Origin: Bacteroidaceae bacterium
Lineage (GTDB): Bacteria > Bacteroidota > Bacteroidia > Bacteroidales > Bacteroidaceae
Direction: 5' to 3'
DNA: 64,000 nt
Assembly: GCA_024401225.1 (NCBI GenBank)
Contig: JAKSLM010000006.1
Span: 18,350 to 82,349, forward strand
Shown: positions 1 to 8,204 of the stretch, piece by piece
Numbering within the stretch: the first letter of the stretch is position 1
How the letters are laid out: each line of letters starts with the position of its first letter
Position numbers and translations under genes: made by a program
The notes under the pieces: generated by a model
Databases searched by the model: none
What the model was told of the DNA's origin: nothing
The model's input: the letters and a program-made list of their open reading frames with translations, nothing else

Positions 1-439
<439 letters not shown>

Positions 440-478
440 TTATTATTTATTCTGCTGTGTGAAAGAGTTTCAAAGGTG

Positions 479-486
479 CAAATTTA
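479..486 (-). promoter_or_regulatory. Bacteroidota -7 promoter box (TAAATTTG) upstream of proS
   Basis: The plus strand reads caaattta, which is TAAATTTG on the minus strand. It lies about 50 nt upstream of the proS ATG and matches the TAnnTTTG consensus. Confidence 0.45.
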
Positions 487-654
487 CAACTTATTTGTGA
501 AATTATCTTGTTTTTCTGAACATTTTTCATCTTCATGACCTTTTTTGTCACAAAAAATTACGATATTTGCACTCGATTCAGAACAAGGATAATGCAAATG
601 CAATAACTAAATAGAGAACAAATATTATAAATCATTTCAAATATTCTAACTGTT

Positions 655-1365
655 ATGAACAATTTTCGTAATGTAAAAGTTGCCGCTGTATTCATGAGCG
701 GCCTTATCGTGCTTTCAGGTTGTGGTATGAGCAACACAGCTAAGGGTGGTCTCATCGGTGGTGGTGCTGGTGCTGCTGCAGGTGCTGGCGTAGGTTATCT
801 CATTGGTAAGAATGGCAAAGGTGCTGCTATCGGTGCTGCTGTAGGTGCTGCTGTAGGTACAGGTGCTGGTCTCCTCATCGGTAAGAAGATGGATAAGGCT
901 AAGAAGGCTGCCGCTGCTGCTGCCGCTGCTGCTCAGGTAGAGTCGGTAAAGGATGCTAACGGTCTCGATGCTGTAAAGGTTACATTCGACAATGGTATCC
1001 TCTTCCAGACAGGTAAGTACAACCTTCAGGCTGCTGCTCAGAACGAGCTCAAGAAGTTTGCTGCTGAGGTTCTCAACGTTTATACTGATTGTGACGTTGC
1101 TATCCAGGGTTATGCTTCATCTGATGGTTCTGACCAGACTAACCTCACACTCTCGCAGAATCGTGCTAACTCTGTAAAGAACTACCTCACAGGTTCATGC
1201 AGCGTTAATGCAAACCAGATCAAGGAAGCTAAGGGCTACGGCGAGACAAACCTCATCCTTGATGCTAACGGTAAAGAAGATGCAAAGGCTTCACGTCGTG
1301 TAGAATTGTATCTCTATGCATCAAAGGCAATGATCGAGGCTGCAGAGGCTGGTACACTTCAGTAA
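655..1365 (+). CDS. OmpA-family lipoprotein with a glycine-zipper segment
   Basis: It has a signal peptide with a lipobox (VLSGC) and a Gly/Ala-rich zipper (GGLIGGGAGAAAGAGVGYLIG...). The C-terminus is an OmpA-like peptidoglycan-binding domain (FDNGILFQTGKY, LSQNRANSVKNYL, RRVELYL). Confidence 0.85.
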   Translation: MNNFRNVKVAAVFMSGLIVLSGCGMSNTAKGGLIGGGAGAAAGAGVGYLIGKNGKGAAIGAAVGAAVGTGAGLLIGKKMDKAKKAAAAAAAAAQVESVKDANGLDAVKVTFDNGILFQTGKYNLQAAAQNELKKFAAEVLNVYTDCDVAIQGYASSDGSDQTNLTLSQNRANSVKNYLTGSCSVNANQIKEAKGYGETNLILDANGKEDAKASRRVELYLYASKAMIEAAEAGTLQ

Positions 1366-1398
1366 ACCCAGACTACAACATACTTCGATTCACCAGGT

Positions 1399-2115
1399 AT
1401 GCACAAGTTTTTCCACAAGGTTAAACTGACAATAATGTGGGTATTGATAGCCTTCTTTGGGTCGTCAATACTCACAGTTGTTTTATATAAATATGTACCC
1501 GTGCCGTGTTCGCCTCTCATGTTCATCCGCTGCTACCAGCAGGTCAAGGCAGGCGTGTCGCTTAAGCTCAAGCACGACTGGGTACCGCTCGAAGAAATCT
1601 CGCCCAACCTTCCCTTGGCTGTGTGGTCGTGTGAGGACCAGAACTTTCTAAATCACAACGGATTCGATATCGGAGCCATAGAGCAAGCCATGAAGGAAAA
1701 GAAAGATCGGGGTAGGGTGCGTGGAGCGTCCACCATCTCACAGCAGACAGCCAAGAACGTGTTCCTCTGGCCATCGTCCACATGGGTTCGTAAAGGCTTT
1801 GAAGTCTACTTCACCGTCCTTATCGAATTCTTCTGGGACAAGCAGCGCATCATGGAAGTCTACCTCAACACCATCGAGATGGGCGATGGCATCTATGGAG
1901 CCGAAGCCGTGGCGCAGGAGCACTTCGGAGTTCATGCCAAGGACCTCTCCCGCAACCAATGTGCCATGATAGCCATCACGCTCCCTAATCCTCGCAAGTT
2001 CAACTCCGCCTCCCCTTCATCCTACATGTACCGCCGCCAGCGCTGGTGCCTGCAGCAGATGCGATGGCTCGGTCATTTCCCAACACGGGAAGAGAATGCT
2101 GAGAAGGAGGAGTGA
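1399..2115 (+). CDS. mtgA: monofunctional biosynthetic peptidoglycan transglycosylase
   Basis: A single N-terminal TM helix is followed by GT51 motifs EDQNFLNHNGFD and GASTISQQTAKNVF. At 238 aa there is no transpeptidase module. Confidence 0.9.
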   Translation: MHKFFHKVKLTIMWVLIAFFGSSILTVVLYKYVPVPCSPLMFIRCYQQVKAGVSLKLKHDWVPLEEISPNLPLAVWSCEDQNFLNHNGFDIGAIEQAMKEKKDRGRVRGASTISQQTAKNVFLWPSSTWVRKGFEVYFTVLIEFFWDKQRIMEVYLNTIEMGDGIYGAEAVAQEHFGVHAKDLSRNQCAMIAITLPNPRKFNSASPSSYMYRRQRWCLQQMRWLGHFPTREENAEKEE

Positions 2116-2145
2116 TATTTCGCCAATTGAAGCAGAAGCATAATA

Positions 2146-2187
2146 ATTACGGCTCCGTTATCCAAGCTTGGATATCGGAGCCGTAAT
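2146..2187. terminator. 42-bp near-perfect palindrome; likely bidirectional terminator between convergent mtgA and the four-helix-bundle gene
   Basis: attacggctccgTtatccaagcttggataTcggagccgtaat is self-complementary apart from one central T:T pair. It sits between two convergent stop codons. Confidence 0.55.
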
Positions 2188-2211
2188 GGTATTAGTTGCT
2201 TCTGTAGTTTT

Positions 2212-2274
2212 CTATAACACCTATAGTATCTATAGCTTCTATAGTATCTATAGTTCCTATAGCTCCTATTCACT
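2212..2274. repeat. 7 tandem 9-bp units CTATAGNNN
   Basis: The units are ctataacac ctatagtat ctatagctt ctatagtat ctatagttc ctatagctc ctattcact. The last unit contains the stop codon (cta = TAG on the minus strand) of the 2266-2970 gene. Confidence 0.9.
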
Positions 2275-2970
2275 TTTATCTTCTATCATCTTTCTCAGCC
2301 TATTGACCTCAGCTCTAAGCTCTGCATTTTCCTTCTCCAATTGGGCGAGGCGCTCGTCTTGTCCTTTTCTGTAACCAGTACGAGCGGCATACATGCGTTC
2401 CTTTATTCCCCCCTCTTTCACAAACTGTACCTCTTTACCCTTGATGTATTTGTTCATCATGGAGTCAATCATGTGGCAGAGGGTGAGGGCGATGTTTGCC
2501 ATCTCTTCGCTCGACCATCGGTTGAAGAAAGGCTGATAGTCTTCCAACGAATTGCGAGGAATACAAAAGTCCAGCATAGGTTGGAATCTTGCATGTCCTG
2601 GCTGCCATATAGGCAACTGACGACTGATGAGGAAGTCGCGGTAGTCCTCACGCAATTCATGTATGCTGGCTCTTGCCACATTCAGAAGCTTTAGTTCCAT
2701 TTCTGTTGAAGTCGCACCATCGGCAGAGCCTTCCACGATATTCTGTTTTCCAGAACGAGCTGCCTGTACCATTTGGTCAACGGTGCGGTCGCCGTATTGT
2801 GGCAGGAAACGGTTACAGAATACGAATGTCATCTGGTATAACACATCCGATTTTTTGTAGAAATGGAGAGTTTCCCAGTTTGTTTGTGACTTTATCACTT
2901 GAGGTACTTGTTCATCTTTGTATTTATCATACACCGATGAGGATATGGTGGAAGTGTTGTCCATAAGCAA
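2266..2970 (-). CDS. four-helix-bundle protein (23S rRNA IVS-type) with a C-terminal suffix-like domain and coiled-coil tail
   Basis: The N-terminal half carries the family-typical ...AARSGKQNIVEGSADG... motif. The C-terminal half (RFQPMLDFC...NKYIKGKEVQFVKEGGIKERMY) resembles the four-helix-bundle suffix domain and ends in a heptad-like LAQLEKENAELRAEVNRLRKM. The assignment is from memory of the family. Confidence 0.55.
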   Translation of the reverse strand: MLMDNTSTISSSVYDKYKDEQVPQVIKSQTNWETLHFYKKSDVLYQMTFVFCNRFLPQYGDRTVDQMVQAARSGKQNIVEGSADGATSTEMELKLLNVARASIHELREDYRDFLISRQLPIWQPGHARFQPMLDFCIPRNSLEDYQPFFNRWSSEEMANIALTLCHMIDSMMNKYIKGKEVQFVKEGGIKERMYAARTGYRKGQDERLAQLEKENAELRAEVNRLRKMIEDKSE

Positions 2971-3299
2971 TGTTAATTTTATTAGGTGTGTTCTATAAGC
3001 TAAAAAATTGCAACGTTTGATATTTGCGGGTGCAAATTAACGAAATAATATTCACTCCGCCAAATATAGCTTTCACATTATCTAAAGGGCCAATTTGTTT
3101 GGTCTATTTGTAGCTGTTTTTGTCATCATCTAATGCTTTTTGAAGAGACATTCGTGGTCTCTGCAATGGATAATTGAAATAACTTACTGTGAGTAATCAA
3201 AAACATCCGCAAACATCAGATGCTTGGAGTTGTCGTGAACTCACAAAAAATAGAGTGTTTGCGGATAGAATAATTATGACAATGGCTGTCTGTGATTAA

Positions 3300-3518
3300 T
3301 CAACTAAACTCTATTGAAATGTATTCCTTGTTTGCCATTTCTCCTGATAGTTCATCCGCTTCGTAAATAAATGACTTTGAGATGTCGCAAAGTGAGATGA
3401 TGATATTCTCTTCCTTATGCTCAAGTTCATTTGTTGTGACATAGTAATCAAAGGATGTGTAAGGATATTTGTTTATTCTGCCGTTAGGGAATGTTATTTT
3501 TATTGAGCTGTGTTGCAT
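3300..3518 (-). CDS. hypothetical small protein (72 aa)
   Basis: It is an intact ORF with a TAATTTTG -7 box about 44 nt upstream. I recognise no motif. Confidence 0.35.
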   Translation of the reverse strand: MQHSSIKITFPNGRINKYPYTSFDYYVTTNELEHKEENIIISLCDISKSFIYEADELSGEMANKEYISIEFS

Positions 3519-3561
3519 TGTATAGGTGCGATAAGATGGCGTGAATTTGCAATTTTAACTG

Positions 3562-3569
3562 CAAAATTA
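3562..3569 (-). promoter_or_regulatory. -7 box TAATTTTG upstream of the 72-aa ORF
   Basis: The plus strand reads caaaatta, which matches TAnnTTTG on the minus strand. Confidence 0.4.
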
Positions 3570-3655
3570 CTATATTTTCTACAATTATTGGTACAGAATC
3601 TTTAAGATACAGAAAAATTAATGGAAATAATGAACTAAAATCCAAAAGAATTTGC

Positions 3656-3663
3656 TAATTTTG
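3656..3663 (+). promoter_or_regulatory. -7 box TAATTTTG facing the R-M operon, about 400 nt upstream of the REase start
   Basis: The plus strand reads taattttg. This is the only good consensus box between 3519 and 4069 on the plus strand. Confidence 0.35.
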
Positions 3664-3706
3664 CAATACCAAGTAGTGTTCGCTTCCGTGGAGGCGCGAA
3701 AAGAAA

Positions 3707-3898
3707 CTACAAGGCCTTTACATAATAGAAGCGTTTGCTCGCTTTGTTTTTGACCACTTTGAACCTAGGAAATTCATCGCACAAGTCAAGAGCATGGTAG
3801 AAGCTGATGCTACGGGTGTAGTGTATATTTCCCGGAGTGTGCAGAGGGTATTTTATATCCTCACGCACACTTTTCGGGTGTACTATATACTCAAACAC
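3707..3898 (-). CDS. doubtful 63-aa ORF (possibly non-coding; overlaps a structured region)
   Basis: It is an ORF only. No promoter box lies upstream, it runs antisense to the putative R-M leader, and it overlaps a long hairpin. Confidence 0.15.
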   Translation of the reverse strand: MFEYIVHPKSVREDIKYPLHTPGNIHYTRSISFYHALDLCDEFPRFKVVKNKASKRFYYVKAL

Positions 3899-4069
3899 GC
3901 GTGGGTGTCACTCTGTCTGTACTTGTGCAGGTTTTCCTAGGACCTAAAGTGGTAACAGACAGCAGTTGATTCCCACGCTTTCTATTTGTACCGTAGTGAA
4001 CCAAGGAACTATTACTAGTCTTCATCGGGGAATCTGAAGACATACAACTGTAAAAAGTTCTACATCATT

Positions 4070-4891
4070 ATGGCAATTGACAATGAACGTGCTATTCGCA
4101 CGGTTGTAAAGATGGCGGTAGAATCCTATGCTTCAGGCTTCTCCGACAGACACATAAAAGAGTTTGATGATCCCGAAGGAACCATCAATATGAAAATCCA
4201 CAACGTGTTTATTCACGCTCTTGGTGCTGACATTCAGTACTATTCAGCATTGGCGCGTTCACTTGATAGTAGCCTTGGCAATATGCTAGAGAAGATGGCT
4301 ATCACAATTGCAGAACTCCATTATGACGTCAGCCAGCATGTAGAAGGTCCTATCTATCAGGAGCAAACGGATTACATTGCAGAACTTCTTGAATCGTACA
4401 AGAATACAAGAGGAGCAAATCATAAGAAACCTTCCGTAAAGGATTATCTTGGAATAAGCCAGAAGAACACCACTTCGAAACATAGTAAGCGCCATGAAAG
4501 CGACTACTATCTGAAAGACAGAGAAACAGGCATGCACTATCTCATCGAGTTGAAGATTGGTGGTGATCTTGACAACAAGAAAGCTCGTTCGGAGAAAGAA
4601 GCTTTGTTGGAGCAGTATTGCATCCTTGCCAATAGCCTTGGTTCTGAAGAGAAAGTAAGAATTTGCTTTGCTACAGCATACAATCGCTATGGCGAAGGCA
4701 ATCCTTGGAAACAAGGTCGAGTGCTACAGTTCTTTGCGGAAGACGAGTTGCTTATTAGCAGCAACTTTTGGAATCTTGTATGCAAATCAGACAGAGGATA
4801 CGAGATTGTTCTTGATGAGTACACGAAGAACGCCTACAAGATTAAAGACGCATTGGCAAAGATAAAGAACACTTACCTTCCCGAAGAATAA
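4070..4891 (+). CDS. type II restriction endonuclease, PD-(D/E)XK-like (TdeIII-like family)
   Basis: The catalytic-looking segment is HESDYYLKDRETGMHYLIELKIGGDLDNKKARSEKEALL (D...ELK plus a GGDLD-K tail), which I recall as typical of the TdeIII REase family. Its stop codon directly abuts the methyltransferase ATG (TAAATG). Confidence 0.6.
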   Translation: MAIDNERAIRTVVKMAVESYASGFSDRHIKEFDDPEGTINMKIHNVFIHALGADIQYYSALARSLDSSLGNMLEKMAITIAELHYDVSQHVEGPIYQEQTDYIAELLESYKNTRGANHKKPSVKDYLGISQKNTTSKHSKRHESDYYLKDRETGMHYLIELKIGGDLDNKKARSEKEALLEQYCILANSLGSEEKVRICFATAYNRYGEGNPWKQGRVLQFFAEDELLISSNFWNLVCKSDRGYEIVLDEYTKNAYKIKDALAKIKNTYLPEE

Positions 4892-6886
4892 ATGAAAGAC
4901 CCTAATTGGCGTAAGTGTGTCCTTTGTGCAGATAGTAGGGATGTGATAAAACGCATTCCTGACAACTCCATTGACTTCATTCTGACCGACCCTCCGTACA
5001 ACCTTGGTCAGCATTCTACTGGTAACATTCCATTGCCAGGACGTAGTGCTATGAATAATGACGTTGCGGAATGGGACATGATTGACTTTAACCCAGAAGA
5101 ATGGGCAGACGAGTTTATCCGCATCCTAAAGCCATCGGGTAATCTCTTTATCTTCACTTCCTACAATCAACTTGGACGTTGGTACAATTGTCTTGACCAT
5201 AAGTTTGATACCTCGAACTTTATGATTTGGCACAAAACAAATCCCGCTCCAAAGATCTTCAAGGCTGGCTTTCTGAATAGTTGTGAAATGATTTTTACAT
5301 GCTGGAACAAAAAACACACATGGAACTTTATCTCACAAGCAGAGATGCACAATTTCATAGAAAGCCCTATCTGTATGCGTCCTGAAAGGTTGAGCAATCC
5401 AAAGCAGCCTGCGCAGAAACCTGTCTCGATTTTGAAGAAGATGGTAGAAATAGCCAGCAACAAGGATGACATCATCTTCGACCCATTTATGGGAGTTGGT
5501 TCTACTGGAGTTGCAGCAATGGAACTTGGACGCAAGTTTATTGGTGTAGAGTTGGATAGGGCATACTTTGAAGCCGGAAAGAAGAGAATAGACGATGCAC
5601 TTATGCAATTTACCAGCATTCAGAATATGAGTTCAAAGAAATACAATATACCAGAGGATGAGCAGAACGGCATGGTGTGCGAGGATAATCCTGTGTATCA
5701 ACCAACGCTCTTCGATTTAGACGAGTTGTTTCCTTCTGAAAGCAAGGAAGAAGTTATTGGAACATGCGTCCCTACAGGTTTGCAGCCAATCATAAAGTGG
5801 GCGGGCGGAAAGGAGAAAGAATTGAAGTTTATAATCCCCAATACTCCTCGCTTCAAGAATTATTACGAGCCGTTTGTGGGTGGTGGTTCTGTATTTGCAG
5901 CTTTCCGAGCAGAGCACTATTTCATCAATGACAAAAGTGACGAGTTGATTTCGCTCTATCGTAGTATTGCTACGAACGACAATGCATTCCACACTTGGAT
6001 GATCAGGATTATGGATGCATGGGATGCGATGCTTGCTCATGTAAAAGCGCACCCAGAACTTGTGGAGTGGTACATGCTATTGCGTGATGGCGAGATAAGC
6101 GAGGAGGAAATCTGTACTCATATGCGAGCACACATCAAGGACGCTCACGAATCCCTGTCATCTGTTGTCAAGGAGTTCCCTTGGCACGACAAAACGTATT
6201 GGAAGGAGTTAGACAAAAACCTAACACGCAAGACGCTGCGAATGCATAAGATAGAACAAGAAAAGCAGCGTATGCCTGATAGTGATGTTTACGACAACAT
6301 CGAAACATCATTTATGAGTGCGCTTTACATGTTCTTCCGTGCATTGTATAACGACAAAGAACTTATGGCTTCTGATAATGCTCTTGGCACAGCGATGTTT
6401 GTTTTCATTCGTAACTATGCCTACAGCGGAATGTTCCGTTACAACGACAGAGGTGAGTTCAATGTTCCATACGGAGGCATCGGCTACAATCACAAGACGA
6501 TGCGCAAGAAGCACGCCTACTACATGTCTGCACCCTTACTCCAACACTTTGAGAAGACAACGATTGAGAATCTCGACTTTGAGGAGTTCTTCCACAAGTG
6601 TCCACCGACAGAGGATGACTTCGTTTTCCTTGACCCTCCGTATGACACGGAATTCAGCACATACGCACAAAACGAGTTCGGCAAGAGTGATCAGGAACGA
6701 CTTGCCAATTATCTTATCAACGAATGTCGCGGTAAATGGATGATGGTTATCAAATACACGCCTTTCATCTACGACCTATATAATAAGGAAGGCATTCGTA
6801 TAAAGACCTTCGACAAGAAGTATTTGGTTAGCTTCATGAACAGGAATGACAAGAAAGCCGAGCATCTTATCATTATGAACTACTAA
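4892..6886 (+). CDS. fused two-domain DNA methyltransferase: N-terminal beta-class N6A/N4C MTase plus C-terminal Dam-like (D12, alpha-class) N6A MTase
   Basis: Domain 1 has motif IV LTDPPYN before motif I FDPFMGVGSTG, which is the beta order. A roughly 60-aa linker follows. Domain 2 has IKWAGGKEKEL, YYEPFVGGGSVF (motif I) and FLDPPYD (motif IV), which is the alpha/Dam order. Confidence 0.85.
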   Translation: MKDPNWRKCVLCADSRDVIKRIPDNSIDFILTDPPYNLGQHSTGNIPLPGRSAMNNDVAEWDMIDFNPEEWADEFIRILKPSGNLFIFTSYNQLGRWYNCLDHKFDTSNFMIWHKTNPAPKIFKAGFLNSCEMIFTCWNKKHTWNFISQAEMHNFIESPICMRPERLSNPKQPAQKPVSILKKMVEIASNKDDIIFDPFMGVGSTGVAAMELGRKFIGVELDRAYFEAGKKRIDDALMQFTSIQNMSSKKYNIPEDEQNGMVCEDNPVYQPTLFDLDELFPSESKEEVIGTCVPTGLQPIIKWAGGKEKELKFIIPNTPRFKNYYEPFVGGGSVFAAFRAEHYFINDKSDELISLYRSIATNDNAFHTWMIRIMDAWDAMLAHVKAHPELVEWYMLLRDGEISEEEICTHMRAHIKDAHESLSSVVKEFPWHDKTYWKELDKNLTRKTLRMHKIEQEKQRMPDSDVYDNIETSFMSALYMFFRALYNDKELMASDNALGTAMFVFIRNYAYSGMFRYNDRGEFNVPYGGIGYNHKTMRKKHAYYMSAPLLQHFEKTTIENLDFEEFFHKCPPTEDDFVFLDPPYDTEFSTYAQNEFGKSDQERLANYLINECRGKWMMVIKYTPFIYDLYNKEGIRIKTFDKKYLVSFMNRNDKKAEHLIIMNY

Positions 6887-6893
6887 CAACAAG

Positions 6894-6928
6894 CAAGAGC
6901 GATTACCCTAAGCGAGTAGTCGCTCTTG
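6894..6928 (+). terminator. hairpin after the methyltransferase gene (9-bp stem caagagcga/tcgctcttg)
   Basis: The hairpin is 8 nt downstream of the stop and has a 17-nt loop. A weak T-tract follows (ttaatcctttt). The core 25-mer recurs at 8103-8127. Confidence 0.4.
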
Positions 6929-6949
6929 TTAATCCTTTTGGTAAACAAT

Positions 6950-7198
6950 CTATTTCCTAATCCACTTTGCGTAGAATTCTTCATTACGGTTCCAACTGTA
7001 CACCCTCTTGCCATCTCCTCCCAAATCCCAAGGGCTGGTAAGTTCGATGGAACGTTTGGGTAGAGAGTCAAAACTCTCCTGTTCAATCATAAGATGCTCT
7101 TTCCGCCTGAAACGACGAGAGGCGAGTTGTTTACCTTTTTTCTGTGATTTGCAGCAGCAATTAGTGCCTGCGCAAACTCTTTTTCTTGATTTTCCCAT
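6950..7198 (-). CDS. hypothetical small basic Cys-rich protein (82 aa)
   Basis: MGKSRKRVCAGTNCCCKSQKKGKQLASRRFRRKEH... has a strongly basic N-terminus with C-x5-CCC, followed by PWDLGGDGKRVYSW. I cannot name a family. Confidence 0.35.
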   Translation of the reverse strand: MGKSRKRVCAGTNCCCKSQKKGKQLASRRFRRKEHLMIEQESFDSLPKRSIELTSPWDLGGDGKRVYSWNRNEEFYAKWIRK

Positions 7199-7358
7199 TG
7201 CTTTGTAATGTTATGTATGCACCGGTTTTGTGACTCAGTACATACGGTTAAACATTACATCGTTGTGGGGTTTATTGTTGTGTTCATACTCTTTTTGTCG
7301 TTAATGCTCAAAGCAAAGACTGATATGTTTATACTTTTATTATTTGTTTCTAATTAAT

Positions 7359-7592
7359 TTAGCAGAATACCGCATTTTCAACCTCATTCTTCAGAAACGA
7401 AGCAACGTAGCCGACGCTCTGGAAATAGAAGTTGGTGTTGGTGTCTTGCAAACGATCAAATGTCTCGGATGCGTAGAGGATGTCGAGAGCCTCTCGTGGA
7501 GTGTAACCATATGTGTCCATCAGCCAGTCAGCCAATTCTACTGACAGTTCTTCCTTCATTGTTTGTATCTGCTGTTTGTTCAATCTTGTCAT
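7359..7592 (-). CDS. DUF3791-like small protein (second copy)
   Basis: It is 77 aa and helical, and occupies the distal position of the usual DUF3791-DUF3990-DUF3791 triad. Its ATG overlaps the stop of the upstream remnant (ATGA). Confidence 0.45.
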   Translation of the reverse strand: MTRLNKQQIQTMKEELSVELADWLMDTYGYTPREALDILYASETFDRLQDTNTNFYFQSVGYVASFLKNEVENAVFC

Positions 7593-7717
7593 AAGGCTTT
7601 CAGGGTTTTGAGGGCACGTTTCGTACCGAAAAAATACTGGAAAGTGATGCCCTTTGCATATTTGAGTTCTTCAATCAACCTTGGCAGCGTGATTACACCT
7701 CCCCAATAGCGTCGCAT
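7589..7717 (-). pseudogene. C-terminal remnant of a DUF3990-family gene
   Basis: The minus-strand frame reads ...GVITLPRLIEELKYAKGITFQYFFGTKRALKTLKAL*. This resembles the conserved C-terminal end of DUF3990 proteins (..L..E.KY.K...QY.FHT.KA...LK). Only about 40 codons remain between two DUF3791-type genes. Confidence 0.4.
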
Positions 7718-7938
7718 TGCAGCTTTCCTCCATTATGTCTGCACACCTCAGAAACCACATCGACTGTATCTTCGAACGAATATGTATGCAGAATGTTATA
7801 ATGATTAAACAGATGGTCAAGGCCTTTGAATCTTGTGAGGTATGCGTATGCCTGACGTGGCATTATGCCGTATCTTGTAGCAAACTCGCTGACGAGAGCC
7901 ACCACATAGCCTACTTTGTTATGTTCTTCTCTTGACAT
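7693..7938 (-). CDS. DUF3791 domain protein
   Basis: VVALVSEFATRYGIMPRQAYAYLTRFKGLDHLFNHYNILHTYSFEDTVDVVSEV matches my recollection of the DUF3791 fold (..hYe.LHt.s.e..vedi). Confidence 0.6.
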   Translation of the reverse strand: MSREEHNKVGYVVALVSEFATRYGIMPRQAYAYLTRFKGLDHLFNHYNILHTYSFEDTVDVVSEVCRHNGGKLQCDAIGEV

Positions 7939-7967
7939 GGAATGTTATCGTTTATTCTTATGCTTGC

Positions 7968-7975
7968 AAAGTTAA
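7968..7975 (-). promoter_or_regulatory. -7 box TAACTTTG upstream of the DUF3791 gene
   Basis: The plus strand reads caaagtta, 30 nt upstream of the ATG at 7938. Confidence 0.45.
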
Positions 7976-8102
7976 TAATATTTCTTTATAATATGACAAG
8001 AAGAGCATCAATTTGTGTGAAATGTGGATGATTTTATGATTATTTTACGGATTATGACTATTTAAGGCTGCTTTTTGGAACGAATTGTTCGGAAAAACAA
8101 TT

Positions 8103-8127
8103 GCGATTAGCCGAAGTGGGTAGTCGC
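8103..8127 (+). repeat. second copy of the 25-nt hairpin motif gcgattaSccKaagYgRgtagtcgc
   Basis: gcgattagccgaagtgggtagtcgc here compares with gcgattaccctaagcgagtagtcgc at 6899-6923. Both copies are in the same orientation and 21 of 25 positions are identical. Confidence 0.7.
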
Positions 8128-8204
8128 TACTACTTGCATACTCGTAATGTATAGACCTACCAACTATGGTTGGCATGTCGATGGATAGTAAGGAAATGGG
8201 AAAG

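Noticed and set aside
2073-2374. Tyr/Arg/Ser-rich ORFs (2073-2273 minus, 2168-2374 plus)
   Set aside because: They are simply translations of the 9-bp CTATAGNNN tandem repeat and the neighbouring palindrome. They are not credible genes.
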